Shown here piece after piece: positions 9,969-20,127 of a DNA stretch of 47,694 nt. A program made the position numbers and the translations under genes. Under the pieces are notes generated by a model, which worked only from the letters and a program-made list of their open reading frames with translations, ran no database searches and was not told the origin of the DNA. The stretch comes from Candidatus Woesebacteria bacterium RIFCSPHIGHO2_02_FULL_42_20 (GTDB lineage Bacteria; Patescibacteriota; Microgenomatia; UBA8517): contig MGGS01000001.1 of the NCBI GenBank assembly GCA_001792535.1, forward strand, positions 1 through 47,694, written 5' to 3'. Position 1 is the first letter of the stretch, and each line of letters starts with the position of its first letter.

Positions 9969-11253
9969 CCCTCACTACTTTATTGCCGTGTTGATCATAG
10001 TTATCCCGCTATATCCGAAATTTCCCTTGTTTCAAATTTCTGGTACTTTTGTTTCCGTCCGGGCCGAAGATTTTGTACTCCTTGTATCTTTGATTGTGTT
10101 TTCAGTTTCGTTTTTGCGCAAAGCCGGGTATTTGATTTCAAATAGGGTGGTATTCTCGATGGGTCTTTTTTTAAGTGTTGCGGCTTTGTCTGTTTTGTCT
10201 GCAGTTTTTGTTACCCAAACGGTTGTTCCACATATTGGACTTTTGCACTGGCTGCGTAGAGTTGAATATTTTTTTCCGTTTGTCCTCGCTTTGTCAATTA
10301 AACACACCAAGTCCCACCTGAAACTATACTTAGCTTGCCTTGTGGTTGTGGTCAATTATGCATTTGTTTATGGCCTAGCGCAAAAATACTTCAGCCTTCC
10401 GATAGTAACCACTCAAAACCAAGAATATTCTAAAGGAGTTGCGCTTAGATATACCCCCGGAGGACACATAAACTCTACATTTGCAGGTCATTATGACTTG
10501 GCAAGCTTTCTAATATTGGTCTTGCCGTTGTTTTACACAAGTTTTTTTGTATTTAGGGACCGGCTTTCAAAATTATTGCTGAGTGTAAGTGTAGTGACCT
10601 CGCTGTGGCTTTTGGTTAATTCTGTTTCAAGAATATCAATAGTTTCTTATTTAGTTGCCGTAACGCTTTCCCTTGCATTAATTAAAAAGTACAAAGCGAT
10701 TCTGGTGGCAGCACTGATTAGCCTTTTATTTATTGCCTTTTCTTCTAATTTGCTAAGTAGATACTCAAGAATTATTGAAGTAACAATCGATAAGATTAGT
10801 ACGAATTTTGTCGCCGTTGCAGCAAGTGAGGAAAGTGTTCCGGTTAGCGAAGACAGATCGACATCAATCAGGCTTAATGTCGAGTGGCCAAGGGCTCTGC
10901 GGGCATTGACCAAAAACCCGTTGCTGGGGACCGGTTTTTCGTCAATTACACTCGCTACGGACAATGACTATTTAAGGTTACTTGGTGAAACGGGCGCTGT
11001 CGGATTTATATCCTTTATTGCCGTCCTATTGTGGTTGGCCGTGACTGTTAGTATGAAGTTGCCGGTCAATAAAACTTTAAATTTTGCCAATATGTGGGTT
11101 GTAGGTTTCGCGGGATCGTTTACGGGAATTTTATTAAACGCGATGTTTATCGATATATTTGAATCATCGAAATTCGCCACGATGTTTTGGTTGTTTGCGG
11201 GTATAGTAGTTTCCATCTGCACAAGCGTGAATGCAAATGAAGAAGCGAAATAA
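9943..11253 (+). CDS. O-antigen ligase/Wzy_C-like membrane protein
   Basis: INSTFAGHYDLASFL, SVSRIS, STSIRLNVEW, NPLLGTG, DNDYLRLLGETG motifs; probable start at ATG 9943 rather than the ORF-track start. Confidence 0.8.
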   Translation: MRRLLNLLDPHYFIAVLIIVIPLYPKFPLFQISGTFVSVRAEDFVLLVSLIVFSVSFLRKAGYLISNRVVFSMGLFLSVAALSVLSAVFVTQTVVPHIGLLHWLRRVEYFFPFVLALSIKHTKSHLKLYLACLVVVVNYAFVYGLAQKYFSLPIVTTQNQEYSKGVALRYTPGGHINSTFAGHYDLASFLILVLPLFYTSFFVFRDRLSKLLLSVSVVTSLWLLVNSVSRISIVSYLVAVTLSLALIKKYKAILVAALISLLFIAFSSNLLSRYSRIIEVTIDKISTNFVAVAASEESVPVSEDRSTSIRLNVEWPRALRALTKNPLLGTGFSSITLATDNDYLRLLGETGAVGFISFIAVLLWLAVTVSMKLPVNKTLNFANMWVVGFAGSFTGILLNAMFIDIFESSKFATMFWLFAGIVVSICTSVNANEEAK

Positions 11254-12655
11254 AAGAATACCAGCTTTATTGTTGTTGACGGCAATCGTCTTAGGTGGTT
11301 TTTTGGTTCGCTTGGTCAAGATTGACAGTCCGGTGGCGGACTGGCATTCTTGGAGACAGGCAGATACGGCTTCGGTAACCAAAAACTTTGTCGAGCGCGG
11401 AGTGGATCTTTTGTACCCTCGGTATCACGATGTTTCCAGCATTCAGTCCGGAATGACCAATTTGCGCGGGTTTAGAATGGTGGAATTTCCTGTTTTCAAC
11501 CTTTTTCACTACATGTTTTTTAGTTTGTTTGGCACTTTCTCACTTGAAGTTTGGGGAAGGCTGACTTCTGTTTTTTCGGCACTTGTGACCTCACTGTTTT
11601 TGTATAAACTTGGTCAGAAGTTTATTGGAATCGCTGGAGGCTTGCTAACGGCTTTTTTCTATCTTTTCATCCCTTTCAATATTTACTTCACCAGAGTTAT
11701 TTTACCCGAGCCGTTGTCGGTTGCCTTTGGAGTGGCTGCTGTTTGGTTTTTTGTCAAATATTTTTATTCAGATAGCGCCTTTAGTTTGTTTTTTTCGGCT
11801 ATTTTGTTTGCAATCTCACTGTTAATCAAACCGTTTGCCGTGTTCTACTCGATTCCTGTTATTTATTTGATTTTTGTGAAGCATAAAAGTATCTATGGGA
11901 TTGCTAAATCAATTCGTCTACTTATTTATCTTGATATTGCACTTATTCCTCTTTTTCTTTGGCGCGCTTGGATAAACCAGTTTCCGCAAGGCATTCCGCG
12001 TTTTGTGTGGGCCTTCAATGGTGACAATATCCGTTTTCGGCCGGCTTTTTGGCGTTGGATCTTTGCAGAGCGGTTAGGAACTTTAATCCTTGGTGTTTCG
12101 GGTATTGCGCTTTTTGTTGAGGGGCTGCTTCATTCAAAAACTTTTTTGAAAATGTTTTTTTTGGGAAGTCTAGTATATGTAACGGTTTTTGCCACCGCAA
12201 ATGTCCGGCATGACTATTACCAGACTTTTATAATTGCGCCGGTGTCTCTTGTTCTTGCTCAAGGCTTTATAAGCTACTGGAGGCAAAAAAACGATTTATT
12301 GCCGAAGTTTACAGCCGTATTTGTTGTTGCTGTTATGTTCCTTGTTGGTTTTGATAGGGTTAAAGAATTTTACAAAATAAACCATCCGGAGATAATCGAA
12401 GCGGGCCGCGCAGTTGCCAGGGTGGCTCCGAAGCAGTCATTGGTAATTGCTCCTTACAACGGTGATACCGCCTTTTTGTACCAGACAGGTAGATGGGGCT
12501 GGCCTGTAATCGACTCGAGTATCCCTGAAATTGTCGAAAAGGGCGCGCAGTTTTATGTTTCGGTAAATTTTGATAAAGATACAACATATGCAATGGAAAA
12601 CTACAAGGTAATCGAAAAGACCGACAAATATGTAGTTGTCGATTTAAGGAACTGA
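11231..12655 (+). CDS. GT-C membrane glycosyltransferase (ArnT/PMT_2-like)
   Basis: WHSWRQADT, EFP, GRLTS, LLIKP, HDYY motifs; many TM segments. Confidence 0.8.
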   Translation: MQMKKRNKRIPALLLLTAIVLGGFLVRLVKIDSPVADWHSWRQADTASVTKNFVERGVDLLYPRYHDVSSIQSGMTNLRGFRMVEFPVFNLFHYMFFSLFGTFSLEVWGRLTSVFSALVTSLFLYKLGQKFIGIAGGLLTAFFYLFIPFNIYFTRVILPEPLSVAFGVAAVWFFVKYFYSDSAFSLFFSAILFAISLLIKPFAVFYSIPVIYLIFVKHKSIYGIAKSIRLLIYLDIALIPLFLWRAWINQFPQGIPRFVWAFNGDNIRFRPAFWRWIFAERLGTLILGVSGIALFVEGLLHSKTFLKMFFLGSLVYVTVFATANVRHDYYQTFIIAPVSLVLAQGFISYWRQKNDLLPKFTAVFVVAVMFLVGFDRVKEFYKINHPEIIEAGRAVARVAPKQSLVIAPYNGDTAFLYQTGRWGWPVIDSSIPEIVEKGAQFYVSVNFDKDTTYAMENYKVIEKTDKYVVVDLRN

Positions 12656-12663
12656 GCAGACCA

Positions 12664-13860
12664 ATGAAGATATTAATGCTTGTACCTTTTTTACCGAACA
12701 CCTCCACATCCGGGGGGCAAACGCGGTGGTATAACATTATTAAATACATGTCAAAACGTCACCAGATAACGTTGTTTTCAATGATCAAGGACGAAAGCGA
12801 ACGTAAATTTATTCCCGAACTTGAGCGGTATTGTAAGAAAGTTCAAGTTTTCAAGCGAGCCAAATCTCCGTGGACATTGCGGAATATATTGTTTGCCCAG
12901 CTTGGTCCATATCCTTTGGTGGTGATCCGAAATAGGTCTTCAGTGGAGAAACGGGCTGTCGAAGAAGAGTTGAGAAAAGAAAAATACGATCTGATTCACG
13001 CCGAAGCGTTTTATGTCATGCCCCACATCCCAAACACTTTGGTACCGACAATCCTAGTGGAACAAACAATAGAATATATGGTTTACAAGCATTATGTCGA
13101 TAATGAAGTTAGCCCTTTGTTAAAGCCGTTTTATATGCTTGATGTCTTAAAGTGCCGCTTTTGGGAAAAATATTTCTGGCGGAAGACTGACAGGTTAGTT
13201 GCAGTCTCTAAGGAAGATAGAAAGGTTATGCAAAGACTGGTTTCCGGAATTAAGGTAGATATTATTCCAAACGGCGTAGACTTTGATTATTTTAATGCCA
13301 AAAGCGTGTCCAGGTTCGATCCTCCCAGAGTCCTTTACGGGGTTACTAATTTTGAGTGGCTCCAAAACAGGGAGGCGGTCGACGTTTTAGTTAAGAATAT
13401 TTGGCCCGGTGTTATCAAAAAAATGAAAGATGTAAAGCTGTGGATTGTCGGTAGAAAAATACCAAAGGAGTTGGTCGCCTTAAGTAAATTGAGAAACGAT
13501 ATCGAAGTTACCGAATCAATAGAGGATGCCAGGGATGCTTATCTTGCCTCAAGTGTTATGGTGACGCCGATTCGAGGAAGCGGAGGTACGCGGCTTAAAA
13601 TATTGGAAGCTATGGCGGCAGGTTTGCCAGTCGTTTCAACAACTATGGGAGTTGCCGGATTGGAATTGACAAACGGTAAGGAAGTGATTGTCTCCGACAA
13701 CACGCAGGGGTTAATCGCCGCAACCATAGACTTATTGCAAAACAAAACTAAAGCTACAAGAATCGGCGTGAATGGCCAACGCTTTGTCAAAAAATACTTT
13801 GATTGGCAAGTAATAGTCGGGCTGCACGAGCCTATTTATAAGGAGGTTATGAATGGCTAA
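12664..13860 (+). CDS. GT4 glycosyltransferase
   Basis: SGGQTR, IPNGVD, GSGGTRLKILEAMAAGLPVVST. Confidence 0.9.
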   Translation: MKILMLVPFLPNTSTSGGQTRWYNIIKYMSKRHQITLFSMIKDESERKFIPELERYCKKVQVFKRAKSPWTLRNILFAQLGPYPLVVIRNRSSVEKRAVEEELRKEKYDLIHAEAFYVMPHIPNTLVPTILVEQTIEYMVYKHYVDNEVSPLLKPFYMLDVLKCRFWEKYFWRKTDRLVAVSKEDRKVMQRLVSGIKVDIIPNGVDFDYFNAKSVSRFDPPRVLYGVTNFEWLQNREAVDVLVKNIWPGVIKKMKDVKLWIVGRKIPKELVALSKLRNDIEVTESIEDARDAYLASSVMVTPIRGSGGTRLKILEAMAAGLPVVSTTMGVAGLELTNGKEVIVSDNTQGLIAATIDLLQNKTKATRIGVNGQRFVKKYFDWQVIVGLHEPIYKEVMNG

Positions 13861-14743
13861 GTCTAGCCTGACGATTATTATTGTAAGTTACAATACCAAG
13901 GACTTGTTGGAAAAATGCCTGACTTCGATTATTAAGGCCAAAATAACGTATCCGTACGAAATTATAGTTTCAGATAATGGCTCGAAGGATGGCTCTCGAG
14001 AACTGGTCAAGGCACAATTTAAGGAGGTAAGGCTCCTTGTAAGCAGTCAGAATTTGGGATTTGCCGGAGGAAATAATCGTGCAAAGAACTATGTGAATAG
14101 TACGTACGTTTTGTTTCTCAATTCGGATACTTTGGTAAATGCCGATTCGGTCAACAAATCGGTCGGATATTTAGACAAACACCCCAAAGTGGGCTTAGTT
14201 AGCTGTAAAACGCTTCTTCCCGACGGCAGTTTAGATAAAGACTGTCGGCGGTCTTTCCCTACACCTTGGGCCGCCTTTAGTCACTTGGTGATTCCTCTTG
14301 ATAGATTATTTCCAAACTCTAAAATTTTTTCGCGATATTGGTATGGCTATATCAATCCTGATCTGGAGCACGAAATAGACGTTGCCCAGGGAGCGTTTAT
14401 GCTTACACGCAAAGTGGTATTAGACAAAATGGGATGGTTTGACGAGGACTATTTTATGGACGGTGAGGACGTTGACTTGTGCTGGAGAATAAAAAATGAT
14501 GGTTGGAAAATTGTCTATTACCCTAAAATTTTTATTGTGCATTACAAGAAAGCATCAAAAAAATCAAAGATTCTTTCAAGAAAGGATAGGCTTAGGTCAA
14601 GAATGGCTAGCGTAAACTCTATGGAAACTTTCTATAAAAAGCACTTATGGCAAAAATATAATATTCTGGTTAATTCTGTGGTTTCGTTGGGAATTTATCT
14701 GATTAAATTGCAGCGTTTATTATCCGTTTTAATCGTAAAATGA
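13853..14743 (+). CDS. GT2 glycosyltransferase (WbbL-like)
   Basis: IIIVSYNT, DNGSKDGS, NLGFAGGNN, LFLNSDT, FDEDYFMDGEDVDLC. Confidence 0.9.
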   Translation: MAKSSLTIIIVSYNTKDLLEKCLTSIIKAKITYPYEIIVSDNGSKDGSRELVKAQFKEVRLLVSSQNLGFAGGNNRAKNYVNSTYVLFLNSDTLVNADSVNKSVGYLDKHPKVGLVSCKTLLPDGSLDKDCRRSFPTPWAAFSHLVIPLDRLFPNSKIFSRYWYGYINPDLEHEIDVAQGAFMLTRKVVLDKMGWFDEDYFMDGEDVDLCWRIKNDGWKIVYYPKIFIVHYKKASKKSKILSRKDRLRSRMASVNSMETFYKKHLWQKYNILVNSVVSLGIYLIKLQRLLSVLIVK

Positions 14744-15846
14744 AAATAGCTATTGATGCAAGACTTTATGGAGTAGAGAACAAGGGTATCGGTAGATATA
14801 CTCAAGAATTAGTAAACAACTTACAAACTCAAGACAAAGAAAATAACTATTTTATATTGCTTCGAAAAAAGTACTTTAATAAATTGAAGTTGGCCAATAA
14901 CTTTCGTATGATTCAGACAGAGTATAGACACTATTCAATTAGTGAACAAATAAGACTCCCTTTGCTTTTAAATAAGATAAAACCTGACATTTTTCACGCA
15001 CTTAACACAAATGTTCCACTAATTTACTCAGGGAGGTTGGTTGTCACCGTTCACGACATGACACAACTTGATTTTAACAGAAAAGCAACAACTTTACCTA
15101 TTCCTTTTTATGCTATTAAAAACCTCGCTTATAGAGATCTCTTTCGGTCTTCTGTAAGTAAAGCATCAGCGATAATTGTTCCTAGTGAATTTGTCAAAGC
15201 AGACCTCTTGGATTTATTTGGGATTTCGGTAAATAAGATCGTGGTGATCCCCGAAGGTGTAAGCTCGCAATTTCGAAAGCCTTCTCAAGCAAAAAGAAGC
15301 ATTGGTGATTATTTGGTTTATGTAGGCAGTAGCTATCCTCATAAAAATTTACATCTATTAATCGCCGCGGTGAATATGCTTAATAAGCAGAAGAAAAAAC
15401 CAATTAAACTAAAATTAATTGTGGGAAATGACTATTTTAGTAGGCGGTTAGCTAGTCAAGTTAGTAAAGAGCAATTTTCCTTCGTTGAATTTGTTTCGCA
15501 AGTGACGGATTCGAATTTACGGTTAATATATCGCGACTCTTTGGCTTTTGTTTTCCCTTCACTTTCGGAAGGGTTTGGACTACCAGGATTGGAGGCGATG
15601 GCAACTGGGGCATTGGTGGCTTGCTCCAATATTCCTACTTTTAAAGAAGTTTACGGCGATAATGCGATATATTTTGACCCAAGGAGTGATCAAAGCCTGG
15701 CTGATACTATTTTGAAAATTTTAAAAATGAGTTCTGCCAAGCGAGCTAAAAGGATAAAGAAATCCCAAGGGTATGTTAAACAGTTTGCCTGGAGCAAAAC
15801 TGCTAGAAAAACTCTTGAGGTATATAATTCAATCCAAACTCTTTGA
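14740..15846 (+). CDS. GT4 glycosyltransferase (mannosyltransferase-like)
   Basis: MKIAIDAR, GIGRY, VTVHD, PHKN, EGFGLPGLEAM. Confidence 0.9.
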   Translation: MKIAIDARLYGVENKGIGRYTQELVNNLQTQDKENNYFILLRKKYFNKLKLANNFRMIQTEYRHYSISEQIRLPLLLNKIKPDIFHALNTNVPLIYSGRLVVTVHDMTQLDFNRKATTLPIPFYAIKNLAYRDLFRSSVSKASAIIVPSEFVKADLLDLFGISVNKIVVIPEGVSSQFRKPSQAKRSIGDYLVYVGSSYPHKNLHLLIAAVNMLNKQKKKPIKLKLIVGNDYFSRRLASQVSKEQFSFVEFVSQVTDSNLRLIYRDSLAFVFPSLSEGFGLPGLEAMATGALVACSNIPTFKEVYGDNAIYFDPRSDQSLADTILKILKMSSAKRAKRIKKSQGYVKQFAWSKTARKTLEVYNSIQTL

Positions 15847-15893
15847 TTGACAAATTGCGGATTGAGCATTTAGGATAATAACTACACTAACTT

Positions 15894-16952
15894 ATGATTC
15901 CGGTAATTATCTGTGGCGGTTGGGGTACAAAATTGTGGCCCATTAGCCGCCAGTATAATCCCAAACATTTTATCAACCTAATTGGTGGAAAATCTTTGTT
16001 TCAAATAAACTATGAGGCGCTAATTACAAAATTTAAGCCCGAAGACATTTATGTTTCTACTAACCAGGACCAAGCTGTCATAGCTGCCAAGCAAGCTCCT
16101 GAAATTCCTCCCGCTAATTATATTTTGGAGCCGGAGATGCGTAATCAAGGCCCAGCCACAGGTCTTATTGCAGCAGTACTGTTTAGAAAAGGTTTAGCAG
16201 ATGAGCCGTTTATGATAGTTCAGGTTGATGATTTGCGGGAGCCTACCGAAAATTTTATTAAAATGATGATGGATTGCGATCGGCTGGCCAGAAAAGAAAC
16301 GAAATATATTACCGGTGGCTTTAAACCTGATTTTCCAGTGATGGGGGTTGACTACTTAGTCAAAGGAAAACGGGTCTCAGCTACCAATGAGGTTGGTATA
16401 TATGAGGTAGATAAGTTTGTTTGGCGGGGTTCAAGAGAACAAACCGAGGAGTTTATCAAGGGAGAGAATGCTTTAGTTCACACAAATCATTCTTGCATGA
16501 CGCCACGCAATTTTCTTAACATGCTTCAAAAATATAAACCCGATTGGCATAAGCCGTTAATGACTATTATCGAAGAGGGTGATATTAAAACCGAATTTGT
16601 AAAGATGTCCCCGGGTCCGATAGAAGATGTTACCCAACAAGTTCACGCGGCGGGAGAATCATTAGTAGTGGAATTGCCTTTCAAGTGGGTTGATATTGGC
16701 ACATATGAATCACTTTTCAAATATTTGAGTGAAAGAGGATTATATAAACTGCCTGAAAATGTTGTTGTACAAGACAGTCGTGATAACTTTATAAAGCTCG
16801 ACGATCCTAATAAGGTAATTTGTTTGGTTGGGCTTCATGATCTAATTATAGTAGATACCGGAGACGCGATTTTGATTTGCAACAAAGACCAAACAGGCCA
16901 AGTCGGTGAGGTATTAAAAGAGGTAAAAAAGAGAAACATTTCACTTACCTAG
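15894..16952 (+). CDS. manC: Mannose-1-phosphate guanylyltransferase-like nucleotidyltransferase (divergent)
   Basis: GGWGTKLWPISR..PKHF, ILEP, WVDIGT and the C-terminal beta-helix GLHDLIIVDTGDAILI; several central motifs are altered. Confidence 0.7.
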   Translation: MIPVIICGGWGTKLWPISRQYNPKHFINLIGGKSLFQINYEALITKFKPEDIYVSTNQDQAVIAAKQAPEIPPANYILEPEMRNQGPATGLIAAVLFRKGLADEPFMIVQVDDLREPTENFIKMMMDCDRLARKETKYITGGFKPDFPVMGVDYLVKGKRVSATNEVGIYEVDKFVWRGSREQTEEFIKGENALVHTNHSCMTPRNFLNMLQKYKPDWHKPLMTIIEEGDIKTEFVKMSPGPIEDVTQQVHAAGESLVVELPFKWVDIGTYESLFKYLSERGLYKLPENVVVQDSRDNFIKLDDPNKVICLVGLHDLIIVDTGDAILICNKDQTGQVGEVLKEVKKRNISLT

Positions 16953-16967
16953 TTTTGAAACGATTAA

Positions 16968-16976
16968 TGATATAAT
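16968..16976 (+). promoter_or_regulatory. Putative extended -10 promoter element
   Basis: TGATATAAT (TGn plus perfect TATAAT) 11 nt upstream of ATG 16988. Confidence 0.55.
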
Positions 16977-16987
16977 CACCTGCCCAT

Positions 16988-17629
16988 ATGTTTTACGATT
17001 GGTTCAAGCGACTGACCGACTTTTTTGGCGCTTTTCTTTTATTGATATTATTCTCACCGGTAATCTTTGTAACATGCATCGCCATTAAGTTAACTTCTTC
17101 AGGTCCCGTGTTTGCCGATACACCGAAAAGGGTTGGCAAAGGGGGTAAATTGTTTTACCCCTACAAATTTCGGTCGATGGTGGAAAATGCCCACAAACTT
17201 ATGCAAACAGACCCCAAATTTAAAAAACTCTACAAGAAATACCAAAAAGGAAGTTTTAAGTCACCTGAAGACGACCCGAGGATAACACGGGTAGGGAGTG
17301 TAATCCGCAGATACTCTGTTGATGAAGTGCCACAATTTCTGAACGTTTTAAAAAGAGAAATGAGTATTGTCGGCCCTCGGCCGTATTACCCTGATGAACT
17401 CGCGTTTCAGCAAAAAAGGTATCCAACCACTCGTGAACTTGTGACAGAAACCCTGAAGGTGAAGCCGGGGATAACCGGATTCTGGCAGGTTTCCGGCCGA
17501 AGCGAGATCAACTTTGATAAGCGGATAGAGATGGATGCCTATTATGCAAGAAAAAGGTCGGCACTTCTTGACGTACTAATTCTTTTAAAGACGCCGTTTG
17601 CCATGATTTCCGGGAAAGGTGCAGTATGA
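16988..17629 (+). CDS. Undecaprenyl-phosphate glycosyl-1-phosphate transferase (Bac_transf, PglC/WbaP-type)
   Basis: KRLTD, YKFRSM, DDPRITRVG, SVDEVPQ, MSIVGPRP, KPGITGFWQVSGRS. Confidence 0.95.
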   Translation: MFYDWFKRLTDFFGAFLLLILFSPVIFVTCIAIKLTSSGPVFADTPKRVGKGGKLFYPYKFRSMVENAHKLMQTDPKFKKLYKKYQKGSFKSPEDDPRITRVGSVIRRYSVDEVPQFLNVLKREMSIVGPRPYYPDELAFQQKRYPTTRELVTETLKVKPGITGFWQVSGRSEINFDKRIEMDAYYARKRSALLDVLILLKTPFAMISGKGAV

Positions 17630-19584
17630 AGCAAAATATTGAAATAAAGCAGATTAATCCTGACAAAAAAAATAGACTTAAACTGCTGTTTAGCAAAATT
17701 AGCATAGATCGAGGGTTAGTTTTAAAAGTTGGTCTGCCGGTTTTTATATTGCTGTTGCTGATGGCAATTTTTGCTGTTTTCCCGCTGATAAATCTGTATC
17801 GGAAGGCACAATTTTTGAAGGGTTTGGAGTCAAGGTTTAAAACGGCTATTGAGAAGCAGGATATTGGAATCGTTTCCAGTGAAATTGACCGAACCAAGTC
17901 GCAGTTGACGGAATTTAAAGGAGCATACTACAGTTTGGCTTGGACTAAAGTTTTGCCCCTTGTCGGCGGCTATTGGCGTGACGGTGAAAAAATGCTCAAG
18001 GCGGCCTTTTATGGGCTGGAAGCTTCCGAAATCACTCTTGGAACGATCAAACCTTACGCAGACATAATTGGTTTTGCGCCGGGAGGAAAAGAAGCCCAAA
18101 GCGGGGAAGAATCGGCACAAGACAGGATGGAGTTTGTAATTAGTACTCTGGATGCAGTTTTACCAAAACTTGCCAGTATTACTGAGAGAGTTGAAAAAGC
18201 AAATAATGAGCTCAAAAGCATTGATGTTTCCAAATATCCTGAGACTTTGGGGAAATATGAAGTCAGACCAAAACTACAGAATCTTCTTCGGGTAGCAAAT
18301 GAAGCTGCAAGATTTGTGCTTGATACTAAGCCGGTTATCGAAAAGGCAAAGTACTTACTCGGCGTAGATAAGGAGAGGACTTACCTCGTTCTTTTCCAGA
18401 ACGACAAAGAACTTCGTCCCACAGGTGGCTTTATCACTGCCTATACAATTATGAAAGTGACTAAGGGTAAGATAAGTTCTGTAGTTAGCTCAGACATTTA
18501 TGCGCTTGACGACAGGTATATACCTGTTATTGAGGCTCCACCCCAATTTCTGGAATTTTTGAAAGGGCCTTATGTTTTATCAAATAATCTTCGACTTCGT
18601 GATATGAATTATTTGGCCGATTTTAAAGAAAGTATGGACTTGTTTGCCAAAGAGTCCTCAAAAACTGGGATAGCTGATGTTGACGGTATCATTGCTGTTG
18701 ATACCCAAACATTGGTTAATATTTTGGATGTGTTGGGTGAAGTTGGAGTGAGCGGCTTTGGTAACTATAATACTTTGATTGATCCGGAATGCAATTGCCC
18801 TCAAGTCGTCCACGAGCTGGAGAAATTTGCAGACATAGAAGGCCCTATTGTCTGGAGTGAAAACGAACCGGGTAAAATTGTCTACAGACCTCCCAATTCC
18901 GAAAACAGGAAGGGCATAATCGGTCCATTGATGAACTCCGTCTTGGCGAATGCGCTGGGCCAGCCAAAAGAAAAAGTTCCGGGGTTGTTCGGAGCAATTT
19001 ACAAGTCACTGACCGAAAAGCACGTGCTTTTTTACATGTATGAGGAAGACGTCCAGAAGGCCTTGGAGGAGGCTCATTTGGCGGGTAGGATTGAAGAAAC
19101 CGAAGGAGACTATTTACACATCAACGACGCGAATTTGGGCGGAAGAAAATCAAATCTCTACGTAATTTCGGAGGTTATCCAAGACGTAAAGGTGGACGGC
19201 GATGGTAATGTCACGAAAACATTGACGCTTACTTACGCTAACCCTCAAGATTACGATGGCTGGCTAAATTCGGTGCTTCCAAACTGGACCAGAATATATG
19301 TACCCAAAGGTGCTACCCTTGTTAATATGGGCGGGTTTGATAAGACCTATGACACTTATGATGAGCATGGTAAAACAGTATTTTCGGGAAGTTTTAGTTT
19401 GCGGCCAAAAGGAGTGGTAAAAATTGTGGTTGAATACAAGCTACCATTTAAAGTTAAAGGCAATTATAGGCTACTTATTCAGAAACAACCGGGCACAGAC
19501 AAGCCGTTTTACACAATTAACTTTGGGAAAACCATTGAAGAGTTTTTCTTAGACACAGATAAAAATTTAGAGCTAAGGAGTTAA
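17626..19584 (+). CDS. DUF4012-domain membrane-anchored protein
   Basis: N-terminal TM and helical stalk; TYLVLFQNDKELRPTGGFI, LRD.N...DF, VDGIIAVD, NLGGRKSN, RIYVPKG, IQKQPG. Confidence 0.85.
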   Translation: MKQNIEIKQINPDKKNRLKLLFSKISIDRGLVLKVGLPVFILLLLMAIFAVFPLINLYRKAQFLKGLESRFKTAIEKQDIGIVSSEIDRTKSQLTEFKGAYYSLAWTKVLPLVGGYWRDGEKMLKAAFYGLEASEITLGTIKPYADIIGFAPGGKEAQSGEESAQDRMEFVISTLDAVLPKLASITERVEKANNELKSIDVSKYPETLGKYEVRPKLQNLLRVANEAARFVLDTKPVIEKAKYLLGVDKERTYLVLFQNDKELRPTGGFITAYTIMKVTKGKISSVVSSDIYALDDRYIPVIEAPPQFLEFLKGPYVLSNNLRLRDMNYLADFKESMDLFAKESSKTGIADVDGIIAVDTQTLVNILDVLGEVGVSGFGNYNTLIDPECNCPQVVHELEKFADIEGPIVWSENEPGKIVYRPPNSENRKGIIGPLMNSVLANALGQPKEKVPGLFGAIYKSLTEKHVLFYMYEEDVQKALEEAHLAGRIEETEGDYLHINDANLGGRKSNLYVISEVIQDVKVDGDGNVTKTLTLTYANPQDYDGWLNSVLPNWTRIYVPKGATLVNMGGFDKTYDTYDEHGKTVFSGSFSLRPKGVVKIVVEYKLPFKVKGNYRLLIQKQPGTDKPFYTINFGKTIEEFFLDTDKNLELRS

Positions 19585-20127
19585 ATGCAAAGATATTATA
19601 AACTTGAGGCGATTGTCCTTTCAAAAAAAAGGATAGGTGAGGCTGACTCATTGGTTAAAGTCTATAGCAGACAGATGGGGAAGACTACACTTTTGGCCAA
19701 GGGTGTGCGCAAACCGACTTCACGCAAAAGAGGCTCGCTCGATAACTTTTCGCACGTTGCGCTATCGGTGGCAAGCAGCAAAGGGATAGATATTATCACT
19801 GAAACGAAGTTAATACACAGTTTTGCAGGTTGGAAGAAAGACTTAAAGAAAGTGTCTATTGCTTACTTTTTTTGTGAAGTAGTGGATAAACTTACGGGTG
19901 AGGCGGAGAAAAACGAAGTGGTATATACATACTTACTTGATACTTTTAAACTGCTTGAAAGTGTCAAGGGACTCCGGAGTCAAAGAGATATGTTTAGTAA
20001 AAAGATTTTGGTATTGTTGGGGTTTTGGGAAGAGGTTAAAGACCTCACCGACCCGGATGAAGCTTTGAAGGGGGTTGTCGAGCGGGAGATCTTTTCATTA
20101 AAGATCGGCAAAAAAATTCTCAATTAA
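19585..20127 (+). CDS. recO: DNA repair protein RecO (short form without Zn finger)
   Basis: EAIVL....GEAD.LV..YSRQMGK..LLAKGVRKPTSRKRGSL. Confidence 0.9.
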   Translation: MQRYYKLEAIVLSKKRIGEADSLVKVYSRQMGKTTLLAKGVRKPTSRKRGSLDNFSHVALSVASSKGIDIITETKLIHSFAGWKKDLKKVSIAYFFCEVVDKLTGEAEKNEVVYTYLLDTFKLLESVKGLRSQRDMFSKKILVLLGFWEEVKDLTDPDEALKGVVEREIFSLKIGKKILN

